This document shows positions 52,608 through 62,308 of a stretch of DNA of 64,000 nucleotides, piece after piece; the first letter of the stretch is position 1, and the number at the start of each line of letters is the position of its first letter. The notes beneath the pieces are model-generated. The model did not search any database. It saw only the letters and a list, made by a program, of their open reading frames with translations, and was not told the DNA's origin. This DNA comes from Candidatus Sysuiplasma jiujiangense. Lineage in GTDB: Archaea > Thermoplasmatota > Thermoplasmata > Sysuiplasmatales > Sysuiplasmataceae. The position numbers and the translations under genes are program-made. The DNA lies in assembly GCA_019721075.1 (NCBI GenBank), contig JAHEAD010000010.1, forward strand, positions 3,400-67,399, read 5' to 3'.

Positions 52608-54338
52608 TCAGGAAACGGGAACGAGATTCACCGGCAGGTTGTCGTCCATTGCCGGATCGGGCAGCATGCCGTAAAACTGGGTGAAAGGCTTCATACCGTA
52701 AAGAACGACTGTCCCCTCTATGTTTTCGAGTTTTATGTGCATCAGCGATATGTCGCTGAGCCACTGGAGATAGAGCCTGCTCGAGCTCAGAGCCTGCGCA
52801 ACCATGACATGCTTTCCCCTCCTGATTGCACCGACATGTTCCACCAGACCGTCAAGCAGGCCGCTGTCGTCCTCCTTTCCATACATTGATTCGAGTATGT
52901 CGAATCCGAGAAGGGAGAGGAAAGGATGGTTCGAATCAGAGAGATTGTATTCTATGGTCTCCCATTTGAGATCCGTCAGAAGCTTGTTGCCTTCCAGGGA
53001 TATCAGGTACGGAATGTCTGTGGGCGCGGCCGAGCTCTGCTCGAATATGCGCACGTTCTTTTCAAACCTGCCCTCGCCTATCATTCCCGAAATCCTGTCG
53101 TGCAGGAGGTCATAGCTTGCCTTCCTGGAGGGAATCCATGCCACGCCGTTGTTCCTGGAGGCAAAACTGGCTACCAGCGCGTCCTGAATTATGTCAGAAT
53201 AGACGGACGGCACGTTTGCGCCAACCTCGATAAGTGTGACACTGCCGTAAGGAAGGCCACCGAAAATCCTGTCGAGCTGAACTGATCCGAATGATGCTGT
53301 TTCCGTGCCCGGATTCTGTACCGACCTCCACTTTCTCTCCGGCTGCTGAATCTGGTTGGGGGAAGGAGGGAATGTTTCGAGTCTTCCGTTGACAAGCGTG
53401 AACATGTACTTGTGCCTGTCAACCTTCACTCCCCTCAGTTTTTCAAGCTGCATTATCCTTCCCCTGCGTCCGGCGAGTTCCCTTGTTGACAGTGAAACCA
53501 CACCGTCGCCAAGGTAATCCATATGCGTGCCCCCGGCCGATTCCAGAACGTAAACGACATTTGCGCCGGAACCTTCCACTATGTCCTTCTGTATCACTGT
53601 GAGTAACCTCTCGGGGGGAATGTCGTACTTCTCCCCAAGCCCGTCAATGCTGTCTATCACCACGAGGCTGCGTTCGGGGAGCCTCTCCTCAACCCTGTCA
53701 TATGCAACCTCCAGCTCAGGCAGGAGCCTGCCCAGGACAAGGTCCACGGAGCCGCTGTCGAATGAAATACGTGTGGGCGACACTTCTTCCGATGCCGAGA
53801 TTGAGCCTTCTTCGATCTGGCCCTCAAGCCTGTGCAGTTCCGTTCTGTCAACTGTGAGCTTTTCGTCCGACTCATTGAGAGCCCTGAGCAACTCGACAGC
53901 CGGCCCCAGGTCCGTCATTTCTGTCTGCTTCACCAGATCCGCTCCTTCAGGATCCACACGCTTCACGGAAGATGTCATGTGCAGGAGAAATGCCTTGCCC
54001 GCCTTCAGTAGTTTCACCTTTTCCGTTGTTTCCTTCAGCCACGGAAACTGCCTGAACAGTGATTCGTCTGAAACCCTGGAGGAAAGGTAATACTGATTTT
54101 CACTGCTTGCCATCGTCTCGATCAGCTGAAGGGCGAGCGTTGTCTTCCCGGTTCCTGCTTCCCCCTTGATTACAAGCGAATGCCCTCCTGGAGCTTCCAT
54201 GAACTTGAGAAGTTCGGGAGGAAGGGCCCCATGTCTTTCAGCGTAGTCCATTTTGTAACATCCTGCCCGCAGGCAAAGGGTATAGATTCTGCCTGAATTT
54301 GAAACCATTGGCCCGCGTTTACATTTCAGACTTTCCAA
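52608..54338 (-). CDS. Two-domain KaiC-like/RecA-superfamily ATPase (N-domain active; C-domain P-loop degenerate)
   Basis: Domain 1 has LVIKGEAGTGKTTLALQLI. Domain 2 has LDRIFGGLPYGSVTLIEVGANVPS, with Walker A lost. The likely start is the internal MDYAERH. Confidence 0.6.
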   Translation of the reverse strand: MESLKCKRGPMVSNSGRIYTLCLRAGCYKMDYAERHGALPPELLKFMEAPGGHSLVIKGEAGTGKTTLALQLIETMASSENQYYLSSRVSDESLFRQFPWLKETTEKVKLLKAGKAFLLHMTSSVKRVDPEGADLVKQTEMTDLGPAVELLRALNESDEKLTVDRTELHRLEGQIEEGSISASEEVSPTRISFDSGSVDLVLGRLLPELEVAYDRVEERLPERSLVVIDSIDGLGEKYDIPPERLLTVIQKDIVEGSGANVVYVLESAGGTHMDYLGDGVVSLSTRELAGRRGRIMQLEKLRGVKVDRHKYMFTLVNGRLETFPPSPNQIQQPERKWRSVQNPGTETASFGSVQLDRIFGGLPYGSVTLIEVGANVPSVYSDIIQDALVASFASRNNGVAWIPSRKASYDLLHDRISGMIGEGRFEKNVRIFEQSSAAPTDIPYLISLEGNKLLTDLKWETIEYNLSDSNHPFLSLLGFDILESMYGKEDDSGLLDGLVEHVGAIRRGKHVMVAQALSSSRLYLQWLSDISLMHIKLENIEGTVVLYGMKPFTQFYGMLPDPAMDDNLPVNLVPVS

Positions 54339-54510
54339 TCCACATAGTATATCTTCCTGTCAGATTCTCAAACAGAGCAATAAATCGGCCCCGCTGAAGC
54401 AGACATCATGAGCCGTCATCGTGGCGGGCGCACCCGGGGAGCTGAAAAACTGTCCTGTTTTGATGGAAACACTATTAATGGTCTACTGAATCTCAACCTG
54501 CGGAACCCGC

Positions 54511-55893
54511 ATGACTGTATGTGCACTCGACTTCCGTTACGGAAGGGAGGAAATGAAGGCAATATTCAGCGAAGAGGCAAAGATACGGTACATGCTGAAG
54601 GTGGAAAGTGCGCTAGCGAGTGCGGAGGCTGAGCGCGGCCTTATTCCAAAGCAGGCTGCAAGGGCCATTGGTTCGGCAGTCGCAGGTGATTCGGTCAAAA
54701 TCGAAAGGGTAAGGGAGATTGAGGCTGAGATAAACCACGACGTAATGGCAATGGTCAGGGCGCTTAGCGAGGTGTCGGGGAAGGGATCTCCCTACGTGCA
54801 TTATGGCGCGACATCGAATGACATCATCGACACATCCACTGCACTCCAGCTCAGGGAGGGAATCGGGCTCATCAGAAAGGGCGTCATAGAACTGGAGCGC
54901 GTGATTGCGAAGAGGGCGATGGAGGAAAGGGCTACCGTGATGCTCGGCAGGACACACGGTCAGGCTGCGCTGCCGATTACATTTGGACTGAAACTTGCCG
55001 TCTTCCTTTCTGAGATTGACAGGCAGCTTGAAAGACTGGAAGAGTGCGAGAAGAGGGCCGTCGTTGGCAAGATGTCGGGAGCAGTCGGTACTGGTGCCTC
55101 CTTCGGCGCCGAATTCTTCAGGCTGCAGAGCGGCGTCATGAAGAAACTCGGTATAGGATATGAGGAGGCGAGCAGCCAGATCGTGGGCAGGGACCGATAC
55201 GCAGAGCTCGTTTCAGTCCTGTCGAATCTGGTCACCACATGCGAAAAGATGGCAACCGAAGTGAGAAATCTGCAGAGGACTGAAATAGACGAGGTGGAGG
55301 AATATTTCGATTCCGCCAGACAGGTGGGCAGTTCCACCATGGCACAGAAGAGGAATCCGGTGAAGGCGGAAAACATATGCGGTCTCGCAAGGATCGCGCG
55401 TGCATTTGTCACACCCTCCCTGGAAAACATGATACTGTGGCATGAAAGGGATCTGACCAATTCCAGCGCCGAGAGGATAATTCTTCCGCATGTAATGGTC
55501 CTTGCCGACGATATCGTTTACAAGACATCGGATTTGTTCCGGACACTTCTCGTGAAAAGGGAAGTGATGCGCAGAAACATAGAGAATGTCAGGGGTATCG
55601 TCATGGCGGAGAGATTCATGCTCAGGCTTGCAGACAGTTACGGAAGGCAGGAGGCGCATGAAATCATCAGGAAGATTGCCATGAAATCGGAAGAGAAGGG
55701 AATAACATTCGGAGACGCATTGCTGTCATCTGCAGAGGTGATGAAGGTCCTGAGCAAAGAGGAGGTCATGGAACTCCTGGATCCCGACTCCTACACAGGG
55801 CATTCGGTTAAAATAACGGAAATGGTTGTCGAACGTGTCAGCAGAACGAGGTCGCTGAACATATCTTCTGCGAGGCATTCAGCCAATGGATAG
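54511..55893 (+). CDS. purB: Adenylosuccinate lyase
   Basis: The fumarate-lyase family signature GSSTMAQKRNP and the N-terminal DFRYGREEMKAIFSEE block are present. Confidence 0.85.
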   Translation: MTVCALDFRYGREEMKAIFSEEAKIRYMLKVESALASAEAERGLIPKQAARAIGSAVAGDSVKIERVREIEAEINHDVMAMVRALSEVSGKGSPYVHYGATSNDIIDTSTALQLREGIGLIRKGVIELERVIAKRAMEERATVMLGRTHGQAALPITFGLKLAVFLSEIDRQLERLEECEKRAVVGKMSGAVGTGASFGAEFFRLQSGVMKKLGIGYEEASSQIVGRDRYAELVSVLSNLVTTCEKMATEVRNLQRTEIDEVEEYFDSARQVGSSTMAQKRNPVKAENICGLARIARAFVTPSLENMILWHERDLTNSSAERIILPHVMVLADDIVYKTSDLFRTLLVKREVMRRNIENVRGIVMAERFMLRLADSYGRQEAHEIIRKIAMKSEEKGITFGDALLSSAEVMKVLSKEEVMELLDPDSYTGHSVKITEMVVERVSRTRSLNISSARHSANG

Positions 55894-55901
55894 ACAGCTT
55901 T

Positions 55902-55994
55902 GGGCCCATAGATCAGTGGATGCTGCAGCGGCAGCCGCTACAGATCGCCGCCTTCGCAAGGCGGAGGCCGCGGGTTCAAATCCCGCTGGGTCCA
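55902..55994 (+). tRNA. tRNA-Ala (anticodon CGC; G3:U70 identity pair) with a putative 20-22-nt intron inside the D-loop (non-canonical position); CCA not encoded
   Basis: The acceptor is GGGCCCA/TGGGTCC with G3:U70. The D-stem is GATC...GATC, with the D-loop AGTGGA[tgctgcagcggcagccgctaca] interrupted by an insertion containing an AGCGG/CCGCT hairpin. The anticodon arm is CCGCC-TTCGCAA-GGCGG and the T-arm is GCGGG-TTCAAAT-CCCGC. Confidence 0.55.
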
Positions 55995-56000
55995 TATAAT

Positions 56001-56587
56001 CTATTCGTCGAGTAATATATTTGCCATCGGTGCGTTAGCCTCATTGTGACTTTCCGGAGCAAATACGATCATTTGTTGAAAGACAACAGGTTTCGCGATT
56101 GTTCGAGAACCTGAAAGCAAAATCAGTCCTTGCAGCAACAGTTTATCTTCGCAATCTCGGCCATTAACCCATAACTCCATCAATTGTGAATAATAGGTAT
56201 CTCCAGCTTGTTTATGATCTCTCTTGTCTTCTTCGGTATCTCCGTCATTATCCATTGCCCATCGACGCTGAGCATCTGGACCCTTGACAGATGCTCGAGC
56301 ACGTCCATCGGCGAATACTTATTCAGCATATCGTGTGAAGCAAGCAGTTTGTGTATGCGGTATTAGAGCACCATGACAATGAAATTGACGACCAGCCAGC
56401 CGTTCAGCTGGCAGTCGTCGCGCATGCACGAGCGGTCTGCGTGTACAATGTTCTTGAATGTGTCATAGAGCTGCTCTATGTCAACCCTTGACTCCAGCAG
56501 CTCGAATATGCGCTCCCCCTCCTCATCCAGGTCTGTGATCACTGCAATGGTGCCCATCCTGTGCTGTGCCTGGAAGTAATCCCTCAT
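56001..56587 (-). pseudogene. String of three consecutive ORF fragments in different frames (frameshifted gene remnant; one fragment carries a Toprim-like DxDxxG motif)
   Basis: The fragments are ...GTHVIRRGDRYYP* | KVTS...TIAVITDLDEEGERIF...MVL* | ...MDNDGDTEEDKRDHK... Adjacent frames read through with single frameshifts and stops. It lies directly 3' of tRNA-Ala. Confidence 0.3.
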
Positions 56588-56976
56588 CGCCTTGTGTTTC
56601 CTTCTCCCCTTCTCCCTGTTCCATACGCTCGTGACCTTTTAGGGATAGTACCTGTCACCACGCCTGATCACATGCGTTCCTTTCGTCCTGTGCTTCAGAA
56701 CCCAGTTTGTATGAGTCATATTAGGGAAGTGAATAGTAAATCCACTAAGTGGATTCTTTGGTTTCACGAAGGAAAACTGCTTCACAAGACGCCCATTATG
56801 CAAAAACCCACGGAGCTAACGTTTAACCTGAGAGACGCGGCGTCAGATGTATAGAGCACTGTTATGAAGTGTATCAAACACGAATTCTCGTGCGAAGAGA
56901 GCCTTAAACCATGCCAGACGATCAGATGAAACTGGCCTATCTTTACTTCTGTGGATCTACTTGAATGCACCTTACT

Positions 56977-58086
56977 TTATACATGTGATGCTTCAACTGA
57001 AAATATAGGCGGGAGAATATTGCTGATGCAGGACCAGCTGTCACCTGCATTTCTGCTGTAATACAGATGTCCTGTAGTGGTGCCGAAATATATCCCGCAG
57101 GGATCTTCCCCGTCCGCCTTCATGCCATCCCTGAGCACTTCGAAGTATGCAACCTTCGGTATACCGCGGTTCAGAGGAAACCATTCGCCGCCCTCGTTGT
57201 CGGAAGCCCAGACACTGAAGCGGCCGTTTTCAGGTATTCTGGAATAGTCTCCTTCAAGAGGAGCGACGAAAATCCGGGAACCTCCGGAATCGTCTATTGC
57301 AATCGGGAAGCCAAATCTTGACGGCAGATTGCCGGTTATTTTTGTCCAGCTCTTCCCGTTATTCCTGCTGCGAAAAACACCGCAATGGTTTTGCTGGAAA
57401 AGAGTATCCGGTTTTTTTCTGTTTCTGACAAGTTTGTGAACACACTGACCGAAAACAGGGTACTTCTTGGCACCCGGAAAGAAATCCGCCAGGACGTTCC
57501 TGTTCTGAAAATCCCAGTTGTCGCCGCCGTCAGAGCTAAACAGGGTCCCGACAGCCGAAATACCAACGTGGAGGCTGCTCTCATTGCGATCATCAGGCAG
57601 AATGGTGTGCAGGCAGAGACCCCCGTTTCCTGGTGACCAGTCTTTCCTCGTGCTGTGGTTAAGGAGTCCCTCGTCTACCTGCCAGGTTTCTCCTCTGTCA
57701 TTGCTTTTGAAAAGACACGCAGGTTCAACACCCAAATACAAACGCTCCGGTGCACTCTCATTCCCGGGCCTGATGTTCCATACCCTGGCAACCGAGAGGC
57801 CGGAACTTTCGGGAAATCTTGGCGGACTTTTGCTTTCCTTCCAGCTTTCACCCAAATCATGGCTGATGGAAACAGTCGGTCCCCACTGTTCACTGTTTAC
57901 AGATGCGAGGAGCGTCCCGTTTCTCCTGTCATATGTGAAATGATATATCTGCTTTCCACGGAAAAACGGTCCTGACGCCTTCCATGATCTTCTGCCGTCC
58001 TTGGAACGGAACAGAAATGCGCCTTTCTTGGTTCCAACCATCAGCAATATTTCGCCAGGCACCTTTTTCATTTTTCTGCCAGCCAT
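56977..58086 (-). CDS. BNR/Asp-box repeat beta-propeller protein (sialidase/Ycf48-like fold)
   Basis: There are five Asp-box motifs (SNDRGETW, SSDGGDNW, SRNNGKSW, SDNEGGEW, SRNAGDSW). Confidence 0.65.
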   Translation of the reverse strand: MAGRKMKKVPGEILLMVGTKKGAFLFRSKDGRRSWKASGPFFRGKQIYHFTYDRRNGTLLASVNSEQWGPTVSISHDLGESWKESKSPPRFPESSGLSVARVWNIRPGNESAPERLYLGVEPACLFKSNDRGETWQVDEGLLNHSTRKDWSPGNGGLCLHTILPDDRNESSLHVGISAVGTLFSSDGGDNWDFQNRNVLADFFPGAKKYPVFGQCVHKLVRNRKKPDTLFQQNHCGVFRSRNNGKSWTKITGNLPSRFGFPIAIDDSGGSRIFVAPLEGDYSRIPENGRFSVWASDNEGGEWFPLNRGIPKVAYFEVLRDGMKADGEDPCGIYFGTTTGHLYYSRNAGDSWSCISNILPPIFSVEASHV

Positions 58087-58091
58087 AAATT

Positions 58092-58379
58092 TCAGCCTCC
58101 TGCAACCGATGGCAGTATTACCACTTCCCTGGCACCAGAGAGCGAAGTACTGACACCATCCCTGCTCCTAATATCCTCACTGTCGACAAAAATATTCACA
58201 TATCTGCGCACCTTGCCCTGATCATCCAGCAGGCGCATCGATATTCCAGGAAATCTGGAATTAAGTGCATCAATCAGTGCCCCGACAGAAGATATTTCCC
58301 CAAACTCCAGTTCACAGACCCCGTTGGTATAATCCCGGAGGTGAACGGAAAGAATCACACGAATGCCTTGGCCCTTCAT
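58092..58379 (-). CDS. MoaD/ThiS-family beta-grasp (ubiquitin-like, SAMP-type) small protein ending in Gly-Gly
   Basis: It is 95 aa and its C-terminus ...VVILPSVAGG* is a diglycine tail. It lies immediately upstream of, and co-directional with, the BNR protein. Confidence 0.5.
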   Translation of the reverse strand: MKGQGIRVILSVHLRDYTNGVCELEFGEISSVGALIDALNSRFPGISMRLLDDQGKVRRYVNIFVDSEDIRSRDGVSTSLSGAREVVILPSVAGG

Positions 58380-58572
58380 ACCTGGTAATCACTCACAGCC
58401 TTGTTGAATGTCATATTCAAAAAAATCGGCTTCCACTTGATGCACCAGGCAAATTTTAGATGGAATCGTGCTGCCACCTAATAAAACATGCTCAGCAAAA
58501 ATTACTAAATTCGTAGTCATCAATCTGTCAAAAATCGGATAAATCGGATGTAACTACTCAGAATCCCGGCTA

Positions 58573-59970
58573 TCAATTTTGAGTGATTCCTGTCCTGTAA
58601 TCGCCGACAAGCGATGACAGGACTGTGGATATGAAGTCCTGTTTCCTCTTTCTGCAGGTGCGGTATACAGACAGGATACATTCGAGTGCATGTGCTCCAT
58701 CCCATGTCCTCCTTCCGCCGCTTATCTTGCGGTGGAGTACACCGTGCCTTATCGCATTCTCGGCACGATTGTTGTGCCATGGTACACCTCTTTGCCTGAG
58801 GAACGTGAAGAGCATTCCGAACCGCCGCCTGAGCTCGGCGGCAATGTGTGCAGCATCCCCATCCCTCCATCTTCTGTCAAGCAGGGCAGAGAGCGCCCTG
58901 CTGGCAATTGTGAACGCCCTCTTCCTTGCACAGTTGGATTTGTCCGTTGCGTGTACGGCCCTTGCGAGTATTCTCCTGACACCGTCAGCGAAAGATATGA
59001 ACTCATCCGGCGGTCTGCCACGCCTGGTGAGCATGGGTGGTCTGTTTCCGAGTAGCGGCCTCGGCTCAATGCCGTGCCTGACTTCAGCCCTTTCAATCCA
59101 TCTGTTGACGTGAAGCAGGTCAAGCTGGTGCTTTGCAGTTGTTATGGCGTTGTACGGTTTCCAGTCGTCATGGCATAATGTGCCTGTGTATCCTGAGAGC
59201 AGTTCGAGTGGAACCGCCTTTCCCCTCGTGTTTGCCACACGGTAGACGACAGACGAGTTTGTTGCTATCACCCACAGCCACCCGTTATCTCCTCCGATCC
59301 TGAGCCTGGTCTCGTCCGCGCCTGCATTCCCGTGCCTCTTCAGATTCTTCTTCAGTCTGCAGTACAGTGGTTCGAGCGATGATGCGACCCACCGTTCCAT
59401 TGAGAGTACTGTCGCATCGCTCATCTCAATGCCATACGACTCCCTGAGCATTGTCCGCACACTGCCTATGCTCATTCCAAGCATGCGCATGTGCGACATG
59501 TGCGATGCAAGCACAGGACCGAACTGTATGCTGGGAGGGAAGGGTGACGGCGCAGTCACCCTGCTGTGGCAGTTCGGGCAGCGGTATCTGTTGAGCATGA
59601 GTTCATAGACAACTGGTTTGGGCGGCGGTATGTCTGTTATTGTCCTTGAAAGCACGTCGGAGGGTTCACCGAGCGGTGAACCACACGCAGTGCATCTGTC
59701 AAGGGATATGATGACAGGTGCGGAGTTTGTTTCCGGTCTCTTCCTGCCACGGCCATCATGGCCGGGCTGCCCTCCCGGCTTCCTGTTCGTGTACCTCGGC
59801 CGGTGGTAGAATATCCTGCTCGTGGGCACACCGCCGGCCTCTGCTGTTCTGTCGGATGATGAGAGCATCTGGGGTGTGCTCTCAAGCTTTCTTATCCTGT
59901 CGTTGAGGCGCTTGTTCTCTTCCCTGAGTTCTTTCAGCTCCTTCTTCAGTTCTCTGTTCTCCTCCTCCAT
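58573..59970 (-). mobile_element. IS66-family transposase (TnpC-like) ORF; element boundaries and inverted repeats not resolved
   Basis: It has an N-terminal leucine-zipper/coiled coil, a zinc finger CTACG...CPNCH, a DDE region, and the IS66 C-terminal signature WHNNRAENAIR. At 465 aa it is somewhat short for TnpC, and no tnpA/tnpB partners are present. Confidence 0.7.
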
Positions 59971-60524
59971 CTTCTCGAGCCGTCGGAACTGCCTGAGAAG
60001 TTCCCTTTTCTCTTCCTTTGTGAACGTGAGCTTTTCATCATCTTCGAGCAGGAAGACAGAAGGCTGTTTCGCGGTGAGTCACCGCGTAGGAGTAATGGCG
60101 ATCCTAGTTATATATCTATGTACGATTTGAATAAAAATAAACAATGCAGAGCGGGAGAAGAGTGTTCATCCTTCTCGTTTACCGAAAACGTGAGCTGTTA
60201 CAATCGGATAATACACGCTTTTGCCTGAAAAGTAAAACCGCTATTGAAAGTCAGTAGTGATAGGAGGTAGCTCCTGCGCCGCGCCTTGTTGCAGTTCAAT
60301 CCACTGTGTGGGGATACGGTCATTTCCCGGCACATGTCCGTAGAGACCTGATCCCAGTGCGACCCTTTAGACAGAGAAAGATTGCAGGAAAAGCAGGGAG
60401 ATCGCCAGTTGTGGAGGCTTGCAGCTGCGCTGAGGAAGAAAGATGTGTTCCTTTGCCACGAGTATAGGAAGTGACCCGAACTCCTTCAGAGGAAGGAGTG
60501 AAATGTCTGCCGTAAATAGCCTCC

Positions 60525-61277
60525 TCAGGATCCTTGTGTTTTCAAAATCCTGAGCTCATAGTTGCCAGTACTGCGAAATGTTTCTCCAAGCGCTTCGATA
60601 GCGAGTTTTTCAGCATTGACGGTGGTCATCTCCCTGTATTTGGTTTCAAGCAGACTGGTTGCATCGTCAGCCCCGGAACCCATCGCTGCCGCTTTGTACT
60701 CGGAAATACCTCCTGCAGGATCTGCATAAAAAATTACAGGCTTTTCAAGCAGACTGCCTATCAGAAATCCGACACCGAGAGGTCTCTTATTGCGCTCGTA
60801 AAGAAATGGCCTGTATGCCCGCCTTATTGACTCCTTCAGCTGCATATTGTTGCGAGGTTTTGCCTCCCTGATAACATCGATTACGAGGTTTCCGTCTGCA
60901 ATGAGGCCGCTGTAGGTCAGGATGACACGTTCGCCTATCTCGAAAATTTTCCTGGTATCCGTTCTGAGTGGTTGAAGTTTCTCAGGTACCGGCTTGCCGC
61001 AGCAGATGAGCACCCCATCTTTACATGATATACCGACAGAGGTGAAACTCCTGATCACAGCATTCCTCGCATACTCCAATTGATATATTCTGCCTTCAGG
61101 GGAAAACACCAGCTCATCGTCGTAATTTCTGGACATCAGATTGATAGAGCTCATGTACTGTATGAGAGCGGCTCTTGCGATCTCCGCTTTGTTAGTAAAG
61201 AGACCGTTCTTTACAGCCGCGTCCAGATACCTGTCGACCTCTTCCGCCACCTGGATCCTTATTTCTGTCATATCCAA
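60525..61277 (-). CDS. psmA: Proteasome alpha subunit with an in-frame N-terminal ~45-aa ribbon-helix-helix (CopG/Arc-like) extension; TTG at 61277, then ATG at 61271
   Basis: The alpha-subunit core is DELVFSPEGRIYQLEYARNAV...GSGADDA. Upstream and contiguous in frame is MTEIRIQVAEEVDRYLDAAVKNGLFTNKAEIARAALIQYM (a beta-strand plus two helices, the RHH pattern). An AT-rich TATA-like box lies about 25-45 nt upstream of 61277. Confidence 0.8.
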   Translation of the reverse strand: MDMTEIRIQVAEEVDRYLDAAVKNGLFTNKAEIARAALIQYMSSINLMSRNYDDELVFSPEGRIYQLEYARNAVIRSFTSVGISCKDGVLICCGKPVPEKLQPLRTDTRKIFEIGERVILTYSGLIADGNLVIDVIREAKPRNNMQLKESIRRAYRPFLYERNKRPLGVGFLIGSLLEKPVIFYADPAGGISEYKAAAMGSGADDATSLLETKYREMTTVNAEKLAIEALGETFRSTGNYELRILKTQGS

Positions 61278-61294
61278 TTAAACTCCATTTAAAC

Positions 61295-61315
61295 GTATTG
61301 GTAACGTATGTATGA
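61295..61315 (-). promoter_or_regulatory. TATA-box-like element upstream of psmA
   Basis: The minus strand reads AAATATTAAATACATCAT about 25-45 nt upstream of the first start codon. Confidence 0.3.
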
Positions 61316-61747
61316 TGTATTTAATATTTACCATACAAGCAAAGCTTGTCGTTATCCGGAAGACTTGAGGGAAGTCCTTCGTTTGTCGAAACAGGCAGGA
61401 AGGAAGTCGCTCGAAAAAGGTGTAGGGATTGAGCATGATTTCACGCCTGGCCTTGACCTGACGCACATGGTGACATAAATTCATGAAACAGACGTCGTTC
61501 GGTGAATAATGCCTAATACCGGATTGAGACGAATCTCTAAAAACTTCATTCCTTGAACAAGGACGATTGCTTCCGCAATACTACGGCAAACGCGCAAACA
61601 TGGTCCCGAGCTTGATTATGACTCTCAAAGATCATTTGTCCTGACGAGTGTGGCAAAATGATCTCCAGAATGACAACGTTCATGAAATAAAAATCGCATC
61701 CCTCGTAACAGCACGTTTCAAATAATTTCAATTATCTTCGGCGTACG

Positions 61748-62308
61748 ATGAGCGGAAACAGCGTCAGTTGGATGCCGTCGCCAAATTTCAATAGCCGAGA
61801 GGGAAAACAGATTGAGATGATTGTGGTGCACCACACGGCGATTCCGACAGCCGACGAAACTATCAGACTGTTCCTCGACCGTAATTCCCGCGTCAGCGCA
61901 CATTACGTTCTTGGAAAAAACGGGGAAGTAATCCACATGGTTAGAGATGAGGACAGGGCGTGGCATGCGGGTGTCAGCAGATGGAAGGGCACTGACAACT
62001 GCAACGACTATTCAATCGGAATTGAGATTGTGAACAGGGGGGACGGAAAAGACCCTTTCACATCGGAACAGTATTACGCTCTCACTGAACTTGTGGGAAG
62101 ACTTGTGTCAGAATACGGCATAAAGAAAGACATGGTCGTCGGACACAGGGACATAGCACTGCCGCCGGGAAGAAAGATTGATCCGGCAGATAATTTCGAC
62201 TGGTCCAGACTTGAGAAATACGCCGACAGAAGCGCTGTGGTCGAACTGGCAAACCAGATGCAACTTGATTACATAAGAGACCGCGGCGGCAATGTCACGG
62301 TCGATTGA
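61748..62308 (+). CDS. N-acetylmuramoyl-L-alanine amidase, amidase_2/PGRP (AmpD-like) family
   Basis: IVVHHTAIPT (Zn His), AHYVLGKNGEV, WHAGVSRW, YSIGIEIVN and VVGHRDIALPPGRKIDP (Zn His, catalytic region) are present. Confidence 0.7.
   Translation: MSGNSVSWMPSPNFNSREGKQIEMIVVHHTAIPTADETIRLFLDRNSRVSAHYVLGKNGEVIHMVRDEDRAWHAGVSRWKGTDNCNDYSIGIEIVNRGDGKDPFTSEQYYALTELVGRLVSEYGIKKDMVVGHRDIALPPGRKIDPADNFDWSRLEKYADRSAVVELANQMQLDYIRDRGGNVTVD

Noticed and set aside
56561-56970. Short ORFs (97 aa on the plus strand, 62 aa on the minus strand) between the frameshifted remnants and the BNR gene
   Set aside because: They have no motifs and sit in a region that looks like decayed non-coding sequence. They are treated as part of the degraded island rather than genes.
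58380-60200. Terminal inverted repeats and target-site duplication for the IS66 element
   Set aside because: Left and right flanks were compared by eye, and no convincing 15-30-bp TIR (IS66 ends usually begin GTAAGCG) or 8-bp direct repeat was found; only internal or flanking palindromes were seen. The element may be truncated, so boundaries were not called.
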